IMG/VR virus record: IMGVR_UViG_3300031418_000012
DNA length: 64,000 nt
Source of the DNA: an uncultured virus (IMG/VR IMGVR_UViG_3300031418_000012)
Taxonomy: Duplodnaviria; Heunggongvirae; Uroviricota; Caudoviricetes
Direction: 5' to 3' (one strand)
The position numbers and the translations under genes are program-made. Below, piece by piece: positions 31,716 to 40,281 of this stretch (the stretch's first letter is position 1; the number at the start of each line of letters is the position of its first letter). A model generated the notes under the pieces. That model saw only the letters and a list, made by a program, of their open reading frames with translations, made no database searches and was not told the origin of the DNA.

Positions 31716-32321
31716 TTATTGTAACTGTACTCGCACAGTATACTTTACTTGAAGAACACGGTTAGCACTCTTTTCAACTGGATGGAAAATAATATGTGAT
31801 AATGCTAAACCTGAATCACCATCAGTGTAAAGACCTAGTTCATCAAATACGTAGTTACCATTCATATCAGTAGTAGAACTTACGTTCTGATCTGATGGCT
31901 CACCTAATCCCAATGTACATAGACATACAATGTCGGTATATACTTGTCCTGGAATGTGAACAGTACTAATATTGTTGTATGCTGAATCTACACTTGCGTT
32001 TACATTAGCATTAATTTTTTTAGCATAAGTTTCTGAATATAATCCACCGAACGAGCTAATGCGTGGAGTCTTATAGGTTACGCGACCAGTACTTAAAACA
32101 ACAGTACCGCCATTACCAAACCGCATTTCAGAGATTGCACCTAAGCTAACACCTGTTGAATTAGTTGAACCCGCTAATGCATATGCAATTGCTTGACTCA
32201 TATTCTCAGGGTGGATTGCGTTTGATTTATCTACCACAATAGATACGTTATCAGGATCAGTAATATCGGTAATTAATACGTGTCCTTTAACAAATAGTCT
32301 TGGTAGTTCTGTATTGTTCAT
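31716..32321 (-). CDS. Putative baseplate structural protein
   Basis: FDELGL and HIIFHPVEKSANRVLQVKYTVR motifs; late operon. Confidence 0.55.
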   Translation of the reverse strand: MNNTELPRLFVKGHVLITDITDPDNVSIVVDKSNAIHPENMSQAIAYALAGSTNSTGVSLGAISEMRFGNGGTVVLSTGRVTYKTPRISSFGGLYSETYAKKINANVNASVDSAYNNISTVHIPGQVYTDIVCLCTLGLGEPSDQNVSSTTDMNGNYVFDELGLYTDGDSGLALSHIIFHPVEKSANRVLQVKYTVRVQLQ

Positions 32322-32331
32322 TTCTAATCCC

Positions 32332-32829
32332 TTAGTAATTTATTTGAATTTCTTCTAACTTACCGGCTAAGGTCTTTTGAAGTTCAGTCGGTTGAGTACT
32401 AATGTAATCACGCTGAACACCTACCCGCAAGTAAGTGAAATTACCTACTACGTTTTCAGCAAAGGTTCCAGTAACTCCATGCATATAGATGGTTTTTTCT
32501 GAATTTGGATTGAAGATGATAGTATCGGTAAATTCCATATAAAAATTGCAACTTTCTTCGAATTTAATTGGGAACCAATCTGATTCGGTTGGATTGCTTG
32601 CTAGTGTTGCTTGGACATAAATTCGTCCAATGAAGTTGCGTAATGTAAAAGCAAGGGTATGTAATCCTGTAGTACTGCCATAGTAACCACCAGCAGCTAG
32701 CGGTAGTGAAACTTCGTTCCAGTGATAGTCCTCATTAGTCGTATACCATGAATCGGTATCTTGATAATCAAGATATTCACCATCTTTACTTTTTCTTCTG
32801 AAAAGAAAATTTTTAGATCTTAAAGCCAT
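32332..32829 (-). CDS. Hypothetical (probably structural) protein
   Basis: 165 aa ORF with GAGGA RBS and upstream TATAAATA. Confidence 0.6.
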   Translation of the reverse strand: MALRSKNFLFRRKSKDGEYLDYQDTDSWYTTNEDYHWNEVSLPLAAGGYYGSTTGLHTLAFTLRNFIGRIYVQATLASNPTESDWFPIKFEESCNFYMEFTDTIIFNPNSEKTIYMHGVTGTFAENVVGNFTYLRVGVQRDYISTQPTELQKTLAGKLEEIQINY

Positions 32830-32860
32830 TTTATCAGTCCTCTGTATTTGAACTTTTACT

Positions 32861-32868
32861 TATTTATA
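32861..32868 (-). promoter_or_regulatory. Late promoter TATAAATA
   Basis: TATTTATA on the plus strand. Confidence 0.75.
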
Positions 32869-32891
32869 GTACAGCGATTGATAAAATACTG

Positions 32892-32899
32892 GATAAATA
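32892..32899 (+). promoter_or_regulatory. Late promoter GATAAATA (divergent partner)
   Basis: TAAATA core upstream of ATG 32934. Confidence 0.6.
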
Positions 32900-32933
32900 T
32901 TGATAATATGACATAACATAAAAGGAATGAATT

Positions 32934-34040
32934 ATGACAATTTCATTTAATAATGGGTCTTCTTCATCTTCGTGCCATTCATGTGGTATTAAAGGTCTGG
33001 TAATTAATAACGCCGGACACTTAATCGTAACATATGATGATGGATTAATTCAAGATTTAGGTTTAGTGGTTGGTGCTGACGGTACTAATTTCTATCCTAA
33101 TGAAATGGGTTTCATTGTCCCAGGTTCTGATTTTGATCTAGATAAGCCTCAAGGCTGGACGTACTTGAGTTTAGTACAGCCAGTAACTTTATATTTCAAA
33201 ACAAATGCCGCAAACGAATCAACATCAACATGGGTTTCGGCTCCATTTGGTCAAGGTCAAACTGGTGCAACTGGTAAACCATTCGAAATCGATTCAAAAG
33301 GTACAACCCTTCCTACATTAAATTTAACTGATGGTTATACTTTCTATAACACGACTGACGGTAAAATTTATATCTATGATTTAGATACACTAGCTTGGAA
33401 AGATTATCAGTTCCGTGGAGAACAAGGTCTTCAAGGTCAATTTATTATCAATTCACAAGGAATAGACTTCCCTGAAATTGCAAATTTAACACCTGGATAT
33501 ACCTTCTATGCCACTGATACTGGATACTTATACTACGTTATTCAAGATTCCAATGGTCAAAAATCATGGAGTCAGGGTATTCTATTCCGTGGTAAAGAGG
33601 GTGATAAAGGTGACAAGGGTGATCAGGGCGATCCGGGTTCAGATTCAAATAATATCTATGCAATCAAAAATTCAATTGATAATTCGTTTGAAAATGCATT
33701 ACTAGTTATTGGTAAAGTACCTGCTGGATATTTGGTAACAAGAATTGAAGTTACGATAATTGGTGCATATGATTATCCGGTTACTGATTTGGAAGTTCGC
33801 TTCGGCGGCACGGCTCAATCTGAAATCGATGGTACTATCATTGCTCCAGCCGATTATTTTGACATTAATAGTGCACGTAAGTACATCGTAGATGAAATCA
33901 ATCATGATGTTAGTGATAAAGAAGAAATTTTGTCTTGCATCTTCAATGAATCTGTTAATAACAGTGCAGTTGGTTCAATGACAATCGTTTGTACCATTGC
34001 TAAACAACTTGATATTACACCAATCGAAGATCATATCTAA
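32934..34040 (+). CDS. Collagen-repeat fibre/whisker-like protein
   Basis: Gly-X-Y runs (GKEGDKGDKGDQGDPG) alternating with repeated GYTFYxTxxG modules. Confidence 0.6.
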   Translation: MTISFNNGSSSSSCHSCGIKGLVINNAGHLIVTYDDGLIQDLGLVVGADGTNFYPNEMGFIVPGSDFDLDKPQGWTYLSLVQPVTLYFKTNAANESTSTWVSAPFGQGQTGATGKPFEIDSKGTTLPTLNLTDGYTFYNTTDGKIYIYDLDTLAWKDYQFRGEQGLQGQFIINSQGIDFPEIANLTPGYTFYATDTGYLYYVIQDSNGQKSWSQGILFRGKEGDKGDKGDQGDPGSDSNNIYAIKNSIDNSFENALLVIGKVPAGYLVTRIEVTIIGAYDYPVTDLEVRFGGTAQSEIDGTIIAPADYFDINSARKYIVDEINHDVSDKEEILSCIFNESVNNSAVGSMTIVCTIAKQLDITPIEDHI

Positions 34041-34044
34041 TTAT

Positions 34045-34070
34045 AGGGGAACTATCAGTTCCCCTTTTCT
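34045..34070 (+). terminator. Intrinsic terminator
   Basis: AGGGGAACT-ATC-AGTTCCCCT followed by TTT. Confidence 0.8.
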
Positions 34071-34078
34071 ATTGCTAA

Positions 34079-34086
34079 AATAAATA
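34079..34086 (+). promoter_or_regulatory. Late promoter AATAAATA
   Basis: TAAATA core upstream of ATG 34118. Confidence 0.6.
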
Positions 34087-34117
34087 CAATAACAAACATT
34101 CTAAGGAGAACGTATCG

Positions 34118-34981
34118 ATGGCAGTTTTTTCTAATTTAGAAGGAACCATGAAAAAGTCTTTTATCCTTGGTAAGAACGGTGCGAAGCTATCTGTAGCTAA
34201 TAACGTATTATCAGTTCATAATTATCAAGGTACTAGTCTTATCCCTATCAGTGCTGGTGAACCAGTTGACGATACTCACCTTGTAACTCTAACTTACTTT
34301 AAATCTCACTCAGGTGGTGGTTCAGGTAATGCTTTACGCGGTCGTGATGACCCAGCAATAAGTTTAGGTACAGATGGTGATGTATATTATAAAGTTGACG
34401 ACACTAGCATCTTGCAAGTTTATATTAAAGATGATGGGATCTGGAAACCTTTCAATATTCAACCACAAACCGATTCACCATATGCTACTAGCAGTACTGT
34501 TAAACCATCAGACTTTGTAAAAGTTGGTGATGACTATACATATACATTACTTGCTTCTGAACATGGACGCGGATCTGATATTATTGTTCAGCTTCAAGAT
34601 GGAAGTGGTGCCGTAACGGGTGCAGACGTTCAAGTTGATTCATCTGGTAATATTACTGTTACAGTTGATTCAATTCCACAAACAAATACTAATATCATAA
34701 TCATTGGGGGAACCACCTTGTCAACACCATATAGTCAACTAATTAATAAATCAAATTGGGTCGCATCTGGTAGTGATTATACACTAACGATTACGCAGGC
34801 TACTCATGGTCAGGCACCTGGCTCAATTTTTATCGCAGTATATGAAAATACTGTTGATTCAGCAACAAGTACATCACCATATACAGTCGTAACGGTAGAA
34901 ACTACTATCGATAGTACTGGTAATGTAACGCTAACAGCTTCAGCACCACTTAGTGGTAAAGTAGTTATTAGCGGTAAATAA
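34118..34981 (+). CDS. Virion structural protein with two tandem beta-rich modules
   Basis: GTDGDVYY motif and duplicated DYTxTxxxxxHG modules. Confidence 0.55.
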   Translation: MAVFSNLEGTMKKSFILGKNGAKLSVANNVLSVHNYQGTSLIPISAGEPVDDTHLVTLTYFKSHSGGGSGNALRGRDDPAISLGTDGDVYYKVDDTSILQVYIKDDGIWKPFNIQPQTDSPYATSSTVKPSDFVKVGDDYTYTLLASEHGRGSDIIVQLQDGSGAVTGADVQVDSSGNITVTVDSIPQTNTNIIIIGGTTLSTPYSQLINKSNWVASGSDYTLTITQATHGQAPGSIFIAVYENTVDSATSTSPYTVVTVETTIDSTGNVTLTASAPLSGKVVISGK

Positions 34982-34985
34982 TATT

Positions 34986-35018
34986 AATCCAGAAGAATTG
35001 TTCTTCTGGATTTTTTTT
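34986..35018 (+). terminator. Intrinsic terminator
   Basis: AATCCAGAAGAA-TTG-TTCTTCTGGATT plus T-tract. Confidence 0.85.
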
Positions 35019-35049
35019 CGTTTAAACTGCACCAATATAAAGGGTGCTG

Positions 35050-35057
35050 GATAAATA
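35050..35057 (+). promoter_or_regulatory. Late promoter GATAAATA
   Basis: TAAATA core upstream of fibre gene. Confidence 0.6.
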
Positions 35058-35115
35058 CATAAAATAATGATTGGGATAATAGTTTTTTCCAAATTCAATC
35101 CAACGGAGGGATTAC

Positions 35116-38100
35116 ATGTATTCTATAAAAACTGATCTTGGCGTATCTGGTAACTCAACAATCGAAAAAGATTTGTTGATTAAGGGTAGTGCGGTTATTG
35201 AGAAAGATCTTACCGTAAATGGGACTGTCAATTTCGCTAATGCAGTATTCACTCAGATCACTGTCACAGATGCAGCAAATCTTAAAGATGTAAACTCTAC
35301 AGGCACTGCGGCATTAAATGACGTTTCTGCAACTGGTAACACAATCCTTGGTAATTCCGATACCAATTCTGTTACAGTTAATGCAACCAGTACATTTAAT
35401 GCACCCGTCACTGTAAACAGTGATGCGTCTGTAAAAGGTAATACCATCTTAGGTGACGCTGCGACGGACACTTTAAAAGTTAATGCTGAATCAACTTTCG
35501 AAGCACCTGCTAATTTTAACGGCGACGTTATTGTTGGTGATGCTGTAAGTGATTCACTAACTGTAAATTCAACTGCGAATTTAAAAAATAATGTCAACAT
35601 CGGGGAAGATGCGACTGACATTCTCGCTATTAAAAGCACAACTAACTTCGATAACAATGTAACTATTGGTGATGCGAAGACTGATGTTCTATCTATTAAT
35701 AGCAAAACTGATATTAAAAATGATGTGGTTATTGGTGAAGATGCAACTGATACACTAACTATCAACAGTACTGTTGCTCTAGCTGGGGATATTACTTCTT
35801 CAGGAAATGCAACATTCGATGGAAATCTAATTGTAAGTGGTGACACCACCCTAGAGAAATTAACCGTAAACGGCGATGCGGCTCTAAATGGTTCTTTAAC
35901 TATGGCTTCTGGTACTACTGCTTCTGTTGATAACCTAGTTATTAATGGTAATATAAGCGGTAACTTTACACTAGATAACGGAAATTTCAAAACATTAAAT
36001 GTAACTGGTGTATCTACTCTTACTTCATTGACAGTTTCAGGCACTTCATCACTAGGTAACGTTAACTTAAATGGTAACATTTCTGGTACTTCAAGTTCTG
36101 CAACTTTCAAAACGTATAACGTTGCTGGTTCTGACGGAATCATTCAATTTAGTTATAGCGATCCAGCAAGACCAACTGATATTGTTTCTTCAATCGAACC
36201 ATATCAAGTAAGTTCAAACAAATTCCAAGGTCAACTTGGTGATTTTGATCGTATCACTGTTGGTGATGTAACTTATAGCACCGCTGGCCTAACCGCAGCA
36301 GGTATTGCTAAAATTGATTACCTAGATATTGTTGGTAACTCAACAACTGGTACTGGTCGTTCACAATTAACCGTCGCTGGTAAAACAACACTACATGATC
36401 TAGAAGTTCTTGGTTCTGTAACAGGTCTAACTGTAGATTTAACTGGACAGGATATTAACCCTAACTCAGTAACTGCAACGGCTGCTGTTAAAGGTGCTAC
36501 CTTAGAATCGACTGGTAATACTACTGTTGGTGGTAACTTATCAGTAATTGGACAAACAACTACTGTTAAAGATTTAGTAGTAACTGGCACAACTACTGGT
36601 GTAACTGTAACTGCAAATGTTGATGGACAAGATATTAAACCTAAAACTGTTGTCACTACTGGTGATACTTCTGTTGGTGGTGATCTTTCAGTAACTGGTG
36701 ACTTTAAAACTGCACTAAAAGCAACTGGTGGTATTACAACAAACTCACTTTCTGTAAGTGGTTCTACGGTTTTAGCTGCTACTACTGTTAATAGCATGTT
36801 AACTGCAAATAGTCTATATAGTAAAACCACATTACAAGTAGATGGTAATACTACACTAGCTGGTAATGTAACAGTATCGGGACAAACAACTACCGTTAAA
36901 GATCTAGTGGTAACCGGAACAACAACTGGTGTAACCGTAACTGCAAACGTTGATGGTCAGGATATTAAACCAAATACCGTTGAAACTACTGCTGGTATTA
37001 AATCTGGTACTACAATCGAGGCTGTTGGTGCATTGTCTGCTGGTTCTATCTCTACTTCTGGTACATTATCAGGTGGAGCAACAACTGTAGGCTCATTGAC
37101 TACTACCGGTAAAGTAACTGCTGCATCTTCTGATGTATCTGGTGCATTGTCTGCTGGTTCTATTACAACTTCAACTGTTGGTAATGGTTCAAACGCAGTT
37201 AACTTCACCTCTAATGTAACTATGGCTAAAGACCTAACAGTAACTGGTACTCTATCTGCTGGTAGTATTGATTTGAGTTCTTCAACTCTATCAGTAACTG
37301 GTGTTGATACTACTGGTGATGTTAACGTTGGTGGTAATTTAGTTGTATCTGGTTCATTCGACCTAAGTCAGTCTGATATATATGTTAATTCATTAACTTC
37401 AGCTAACGCAGTTGTTGTTTCAAGTACATCTGCTGAATCAAAACTACCTGTACTAACAAGTACAACATTGAAGTCTAGTACATTAAATGTAACTGGTGCT
37501 TCTGTATTAGCTGGTCTAACCGCAAGTACAATTACTGCAACTGGTAATTCAACACTTGCTGCTGTTTCTGCAACTACATTAACTGCATCTGGTACTTCAA
37601 CCTTTAATGGAAGTATTACCTCTGCAAATAGTACTGTTGCAATTGCGAAATCAACTGCAATTACTGGTGATTTGGCAGTATCGGGTACACTAACTGCCGG
37701 TGTTATTGATTTAAGCACTACTGACGTAACCGTTAAATCATTAGTATCTAATGGTAATACACACGTTAAAGGTGATTTGGTTGTTGATGGTTCATTCGAT
37801 CTAAGTGCAACTAATCTATCTGCGGCAAGTCTTGCAAGTTCTGGTTCAACAACTGTTGGAACTTCATTGATCCTAACTGACGGTACTATTACTGGTGCTC
37901 CTAAGATTTCTGGAAATACAACAATTGGTGGTACTCTAGGTGTTACTGGTGCAACTTCACTATCTTCACTAACTACTTCTGGTAATACTACTTTAGGTGG
38001 TACTCTAGGTGTAACTGGTGTAATTTCTAAAGTTGGTGGTGGTAGCCTATCTGTTAGTTCTGCAACTGTGTTCTCAAGTGATGTTACTGTTAATGGTACG

Positions 38101-39510
38101 TTCACCCCAGCAGGTGGTTTAAACCTATCTGGTGCTGATCTTTCAGTAAATTCAGTTACTACTGCTGCTGCTGTTTCTGTTGGAACAACTTTAGGCGTAA
38201 CTGGTGCAACTACTCTAGCTGGATTAACTGCTGCTAATACAACAGTTTCTGGAACACTAGATGTTTCTGGTAAATCTACTCTAGGTGTTCTTGCTGCTGG
38301 TGCAACTACATTGTCAAGCACTCTATCTGTTACAGGTAACACTACTGTAGGTGGTACTTTAACCGTTAATGGTGCAACTGCAACATTGAAAGCTACTTCA
38401 GCTACTACTATGACAGTAGGTACTGGTACTGTTGACTCAACCAAAGTTGTTAACGTGTTTGGTGATTCTGTACTAAATGGAAACTTAGATGTAACTGGTA
38501 CAATTAACGCATCAATTAACTTAACTGGTCGTGACATTGCTCCACGTGGTATTAACGCTGCTGCTAATATTATTGCTGCTGGTTCAATCACTGCGGGTAC
38601 TTCTGTTACTGCTGCAACTGCTGTTATTGGTGCATCTGGAAGTACTAACAATAACCTACAGATTAATGGTAACGCTGTTACTACTGGTGATTTCACAGTA
38701 ACTGGTAAGATTATTGGTACACTAGACCAAACAACCTCTGATTTAACTGTTAAGAGCATTACTACTTCAGGTCTTGCCAAAGTTGGTACAACTCTACAGG
38801 TTGTTGGAGCATCTACCTTAGCTGGTCTATCTGCAACTAACATTACTGCTAGCGGTACTTTAGGTGTAACTGGTTCAACTACTTTAGCTGGTGTAACTGC
38901 AACTAGTATTTCAAGTTCAGGTACTTTAGGTGTAACTGGTATTTCTACTTTAGGTGTACTAAACGCTGGTAATACTGCAATCACTGGTACTTTAAGTACT
39001 TCAGGACTTGCAACACTATCTTCAGCAAGCGTAACTGGTAATACTACTTTAGGTACTTCATCTTCTAACACTCTAACTGTTAATGCAACGTCTAACTTTG
39101 TAAACGCAGTAACTGTTAAAGATATTACTGTTACTGGTACATTGAATACTGATTTGTCTAACTTAGTAACCACTTCGTTCAAAACTGGTACTTACTATGT
39201 TAAACAACATGCTGCTGAAACTGTTAGTACTACTACTTGGACTCCAGATGGTACTTCTAACGTTTATAACTTAACTGTATCCTCAGATACTGCTGTTCAG
39301 CCAATTACTGGTGCAACTACTAAAGGTGCAGGTTCATGGTTCATTTACATAACCCAGGATAGTACTGGACAACGTAATGTAACTTGGGATTCTTCATACA
39401 AGATCATCGGTGGTTCAGTAAACACTAATGCTGGTGCAGTAAGTATTTGCCAAGTAGTTTACTGTGGTATTGGTTCAACATTTGATGTGTTCATCGCACA
39501 ACGCCCATAA
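35116..39510 (+). CDS. Long tail fibre (T/G/S/V-rich beta-repeat protein)
   Basis: 1464 aa of short beta-strand repeats (LxVxG); C-terminal IYITQDSTGQRNVTW domain; followed by a chaperone-like gene. Confidence 0.75.
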   Translation: MYSIKTDLGVSGNSTIEKDLLIKGSAVIEKDLTVNGTVNFANAVFTQITVTDAANLKDVNSTGTAALNDVSATGNTILGNSDTNSVTVNATSTFNAPVTVNSDASVKGNTILGDAATDTLKVNAESTFEAPANFNGDVIVGDAVSDSLTVNSTANLKNNVNIGEDATDILAIKSTTNFDNNVTIGDAKTDVLSINSKTDIKNDVVIGEDATDTLTINSTVALAGDITSSGNATFDGNLIVSGDTTLEKLTVNGDAALNGSLTMASGTTASVDNLVINGNISGNFTLDNGNFKTLNVTGVSTLTSLTVSGTSSLGNVNLNGNISGTSSSATFKTYNVAGSDGIIQFSYSDPARPTDIVSSIEPYQVSSNKFQGQLGDFDRITVGDVTYSTAGLTAAGIAKIDYLDIVGNSTTGTGRSQLTVAGKTTLHDLEVLGSVTGLTVDLTGQDINPNSVTATAAVKGATLESTGNTTVGGNLSVIGQTTTVKDLVVTGTTTGVTVTANVDGQDIKPKTVVTTGDTSVGGDLSVTGDFKTALKATGGITTNSLSVSGSTVLAATTVNSMLTANSLYSKTTLQVDGNTTLAGNVTVSGQTTTVKDLVVTGTTTGVTVTANVDGQDIKPNTVETTAGIKSGTTIEAVGALSAGSISTSGTLSGGATTVGSLTTTGKVTAASSDVSGALSAGSITTSTVGNGSNAVNFTSNVTMAKDLTVTGTLSAGSIDLSSSTLSVTGVDTTGDVNVGGNLVVSGSFDLSQSDIYVNSLTSANAVVVSSTSAESKLPVLTSTTLKSSTLNVTGASVLAGLTASTITATGNSTLAAVSATTLTASGTSTFNGSITSANSTVAIAKSTAITGDLAVSGTLTAGVIDLSTTDVTVKSLVSNGNTHVKGDLVVDGSFDLSATNLSAASLASSGSTTVGTSLILTDGTITGAPKISGNTTIGGTLGVTGATSLSSLTTSGNTTLGGTLGVTGVISKVGGGSLSVSSATVFSSDVTVNGTFTPAGGLNLSGADLSVNSVTTAAAVSVGTTLGVTGATTLAGLTAANTTVSGTLDVSGKSTLGVLAAGATTLSSTLSVTGNTTVGGTLTVNGATATLKATSATTMTVGTGTVDSTKVVNVFGDSVLNGNLDVTGTINASINLTGRDIAPRGINAAANIIAAGSITAGTSVTAATAVIGASGSTNNNLQINGNAVTTGDFTVTGKIIGTLDQTTSDLTVKSITTSGLAKVGTTLQVVGASTLAGLSATNITASGTLGVTGSTTLAGVTATSISSSGTLGVTGISTLGVLNAGNTAITGTLSTSGLATLSSASVTGNTTLGTSSSNTLTVNATSNFVNAVTVKDITVTGTLNTDLSNLVTTSFKTGTYYVKQHAAETVSTTTWTPDGTSNVYNLTVSSDTAVQPITGATTKGAGSWFIYITQDSTGQRNVTWDSSYKIIGGSVNTNAGAVSICQVVYCGIGSTFDVFIAQRP
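36550..36972 (+). repeat. Internal direct repeat of about 93 nt (36550-36642 and 36880-36972)
   Basis: Both copies encode GQTTTVKDLVVTGTTTGVTVTANVDGQDIKP, 330 nt apart. Confidence 0.9.
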
Positions 39511-39523
39511 TAGGAGATAAAGG

Positions 39524-40162
39524 ATGATTTACTTATCAGTAGTAAAAAATGATAGTGGTGATTGGGTAATTCTAAAAACCATCACGAACGTTATTAACGT
39601 TCGTGGTAACAAAACTGGAAACACTTACGGTGATATTTCAGCACTAAGTTTAGATGTTCGTCGTTCTGAAGGTTTTTGGACACAAAAAGACCTTTATGTT
39701 AATACTGGTGAATTCATGGTATTCAAAGAGAAGACAGTTGATTTCTCTGAACAGAATGCAGAAGTTACCAATACATACATATATGAGTTAATGCCTTTAG
39801 ATGATATTCGAAACGACCTTTTAGGTCGTGTCGATTCTAAACGTGATGGTTTGTATTATGCTGGTTTTACGTTCCAAGACAAGCAATTTTATTCAGGTCT
39901 TGCAAACAGAAGTAATATTCAGCTAATGCTTTTGAATTCTATCGTTGATGAAGCAAATTTCCCAAGCGATTTAGTTTGGGATACTGTAGATGGTGAACAA
40001 ATCCCAATGGATTTGGCTACCTTCAGAGCATTTGCTAAACAACTAGCAGACACTACACGTGAACTATTCATTACAGCACGTTCAATTAAAGCAGCAATTA
40101 ATGCTGCGACGACTTATGAAGATTTACGTTCCGCAGCATCATGGAATGGTGAAGCACTATAA
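39524..40162 (+). CDS. Tail fibre assembly-associated protein (DUF4376-like)
   Basis: C-terminal KRD...GFTF...WDTVDGEQIPM...IKAAINAATT pattern directly after the fibre gene. Confidence 0.65.
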   Translation: MIYLSVVKNDSGDWVILKTITNVINVRGNKTGNTYGDISALSLDVRRSEGFWTQKDLYVNTGEFMVFKEKTVDFSEQNAEVTNTYIYELMPLDDIRNDLLGRVDSKRDGLYYAGFTFQDKQFYSGLANRSNIQLMLLNSIVDEANFPSDLVWDTVDGEQIPMDLATFRAFAKQLADTTRELFITARSIKAAINAATTYEDLRSAASWNGEAL

Positions 40163-40189
40163 AAAAAAGCCGGTTTTACCGGCTTTTTT
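40161..40189 (+). terminator. Intrinsic terminator
   Basis: AAAAAAGCCGGT-TTT-ACCGGCTTTTTT. Confidence 0.85.
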
Positions 40190-40281
40190 ACGTCTAAAAT
40201 ATGGCTATTTTATTGATTTTCAAGGTAAATACTTTGTATATTAAAATAATATACATTTAACAATTCGTGAAAGGAAATATA

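Noticed and set aside
36550..36972. DGR template/variable repeat or CRISPR-like repeat
   Set aside because: Both copies are in-frame and differ at synonymous sites; no reverse transcriptase, spacers or cas genes in the window
37368..39182. 604-aa antisense ORF (also 35253-36143 and 36318-36830)
   Set aside because: Shadow of the repetitive Thr/Gly/Val/Ser codons of the fibre gene; V/P/T-biased translation and no supporting expression signals
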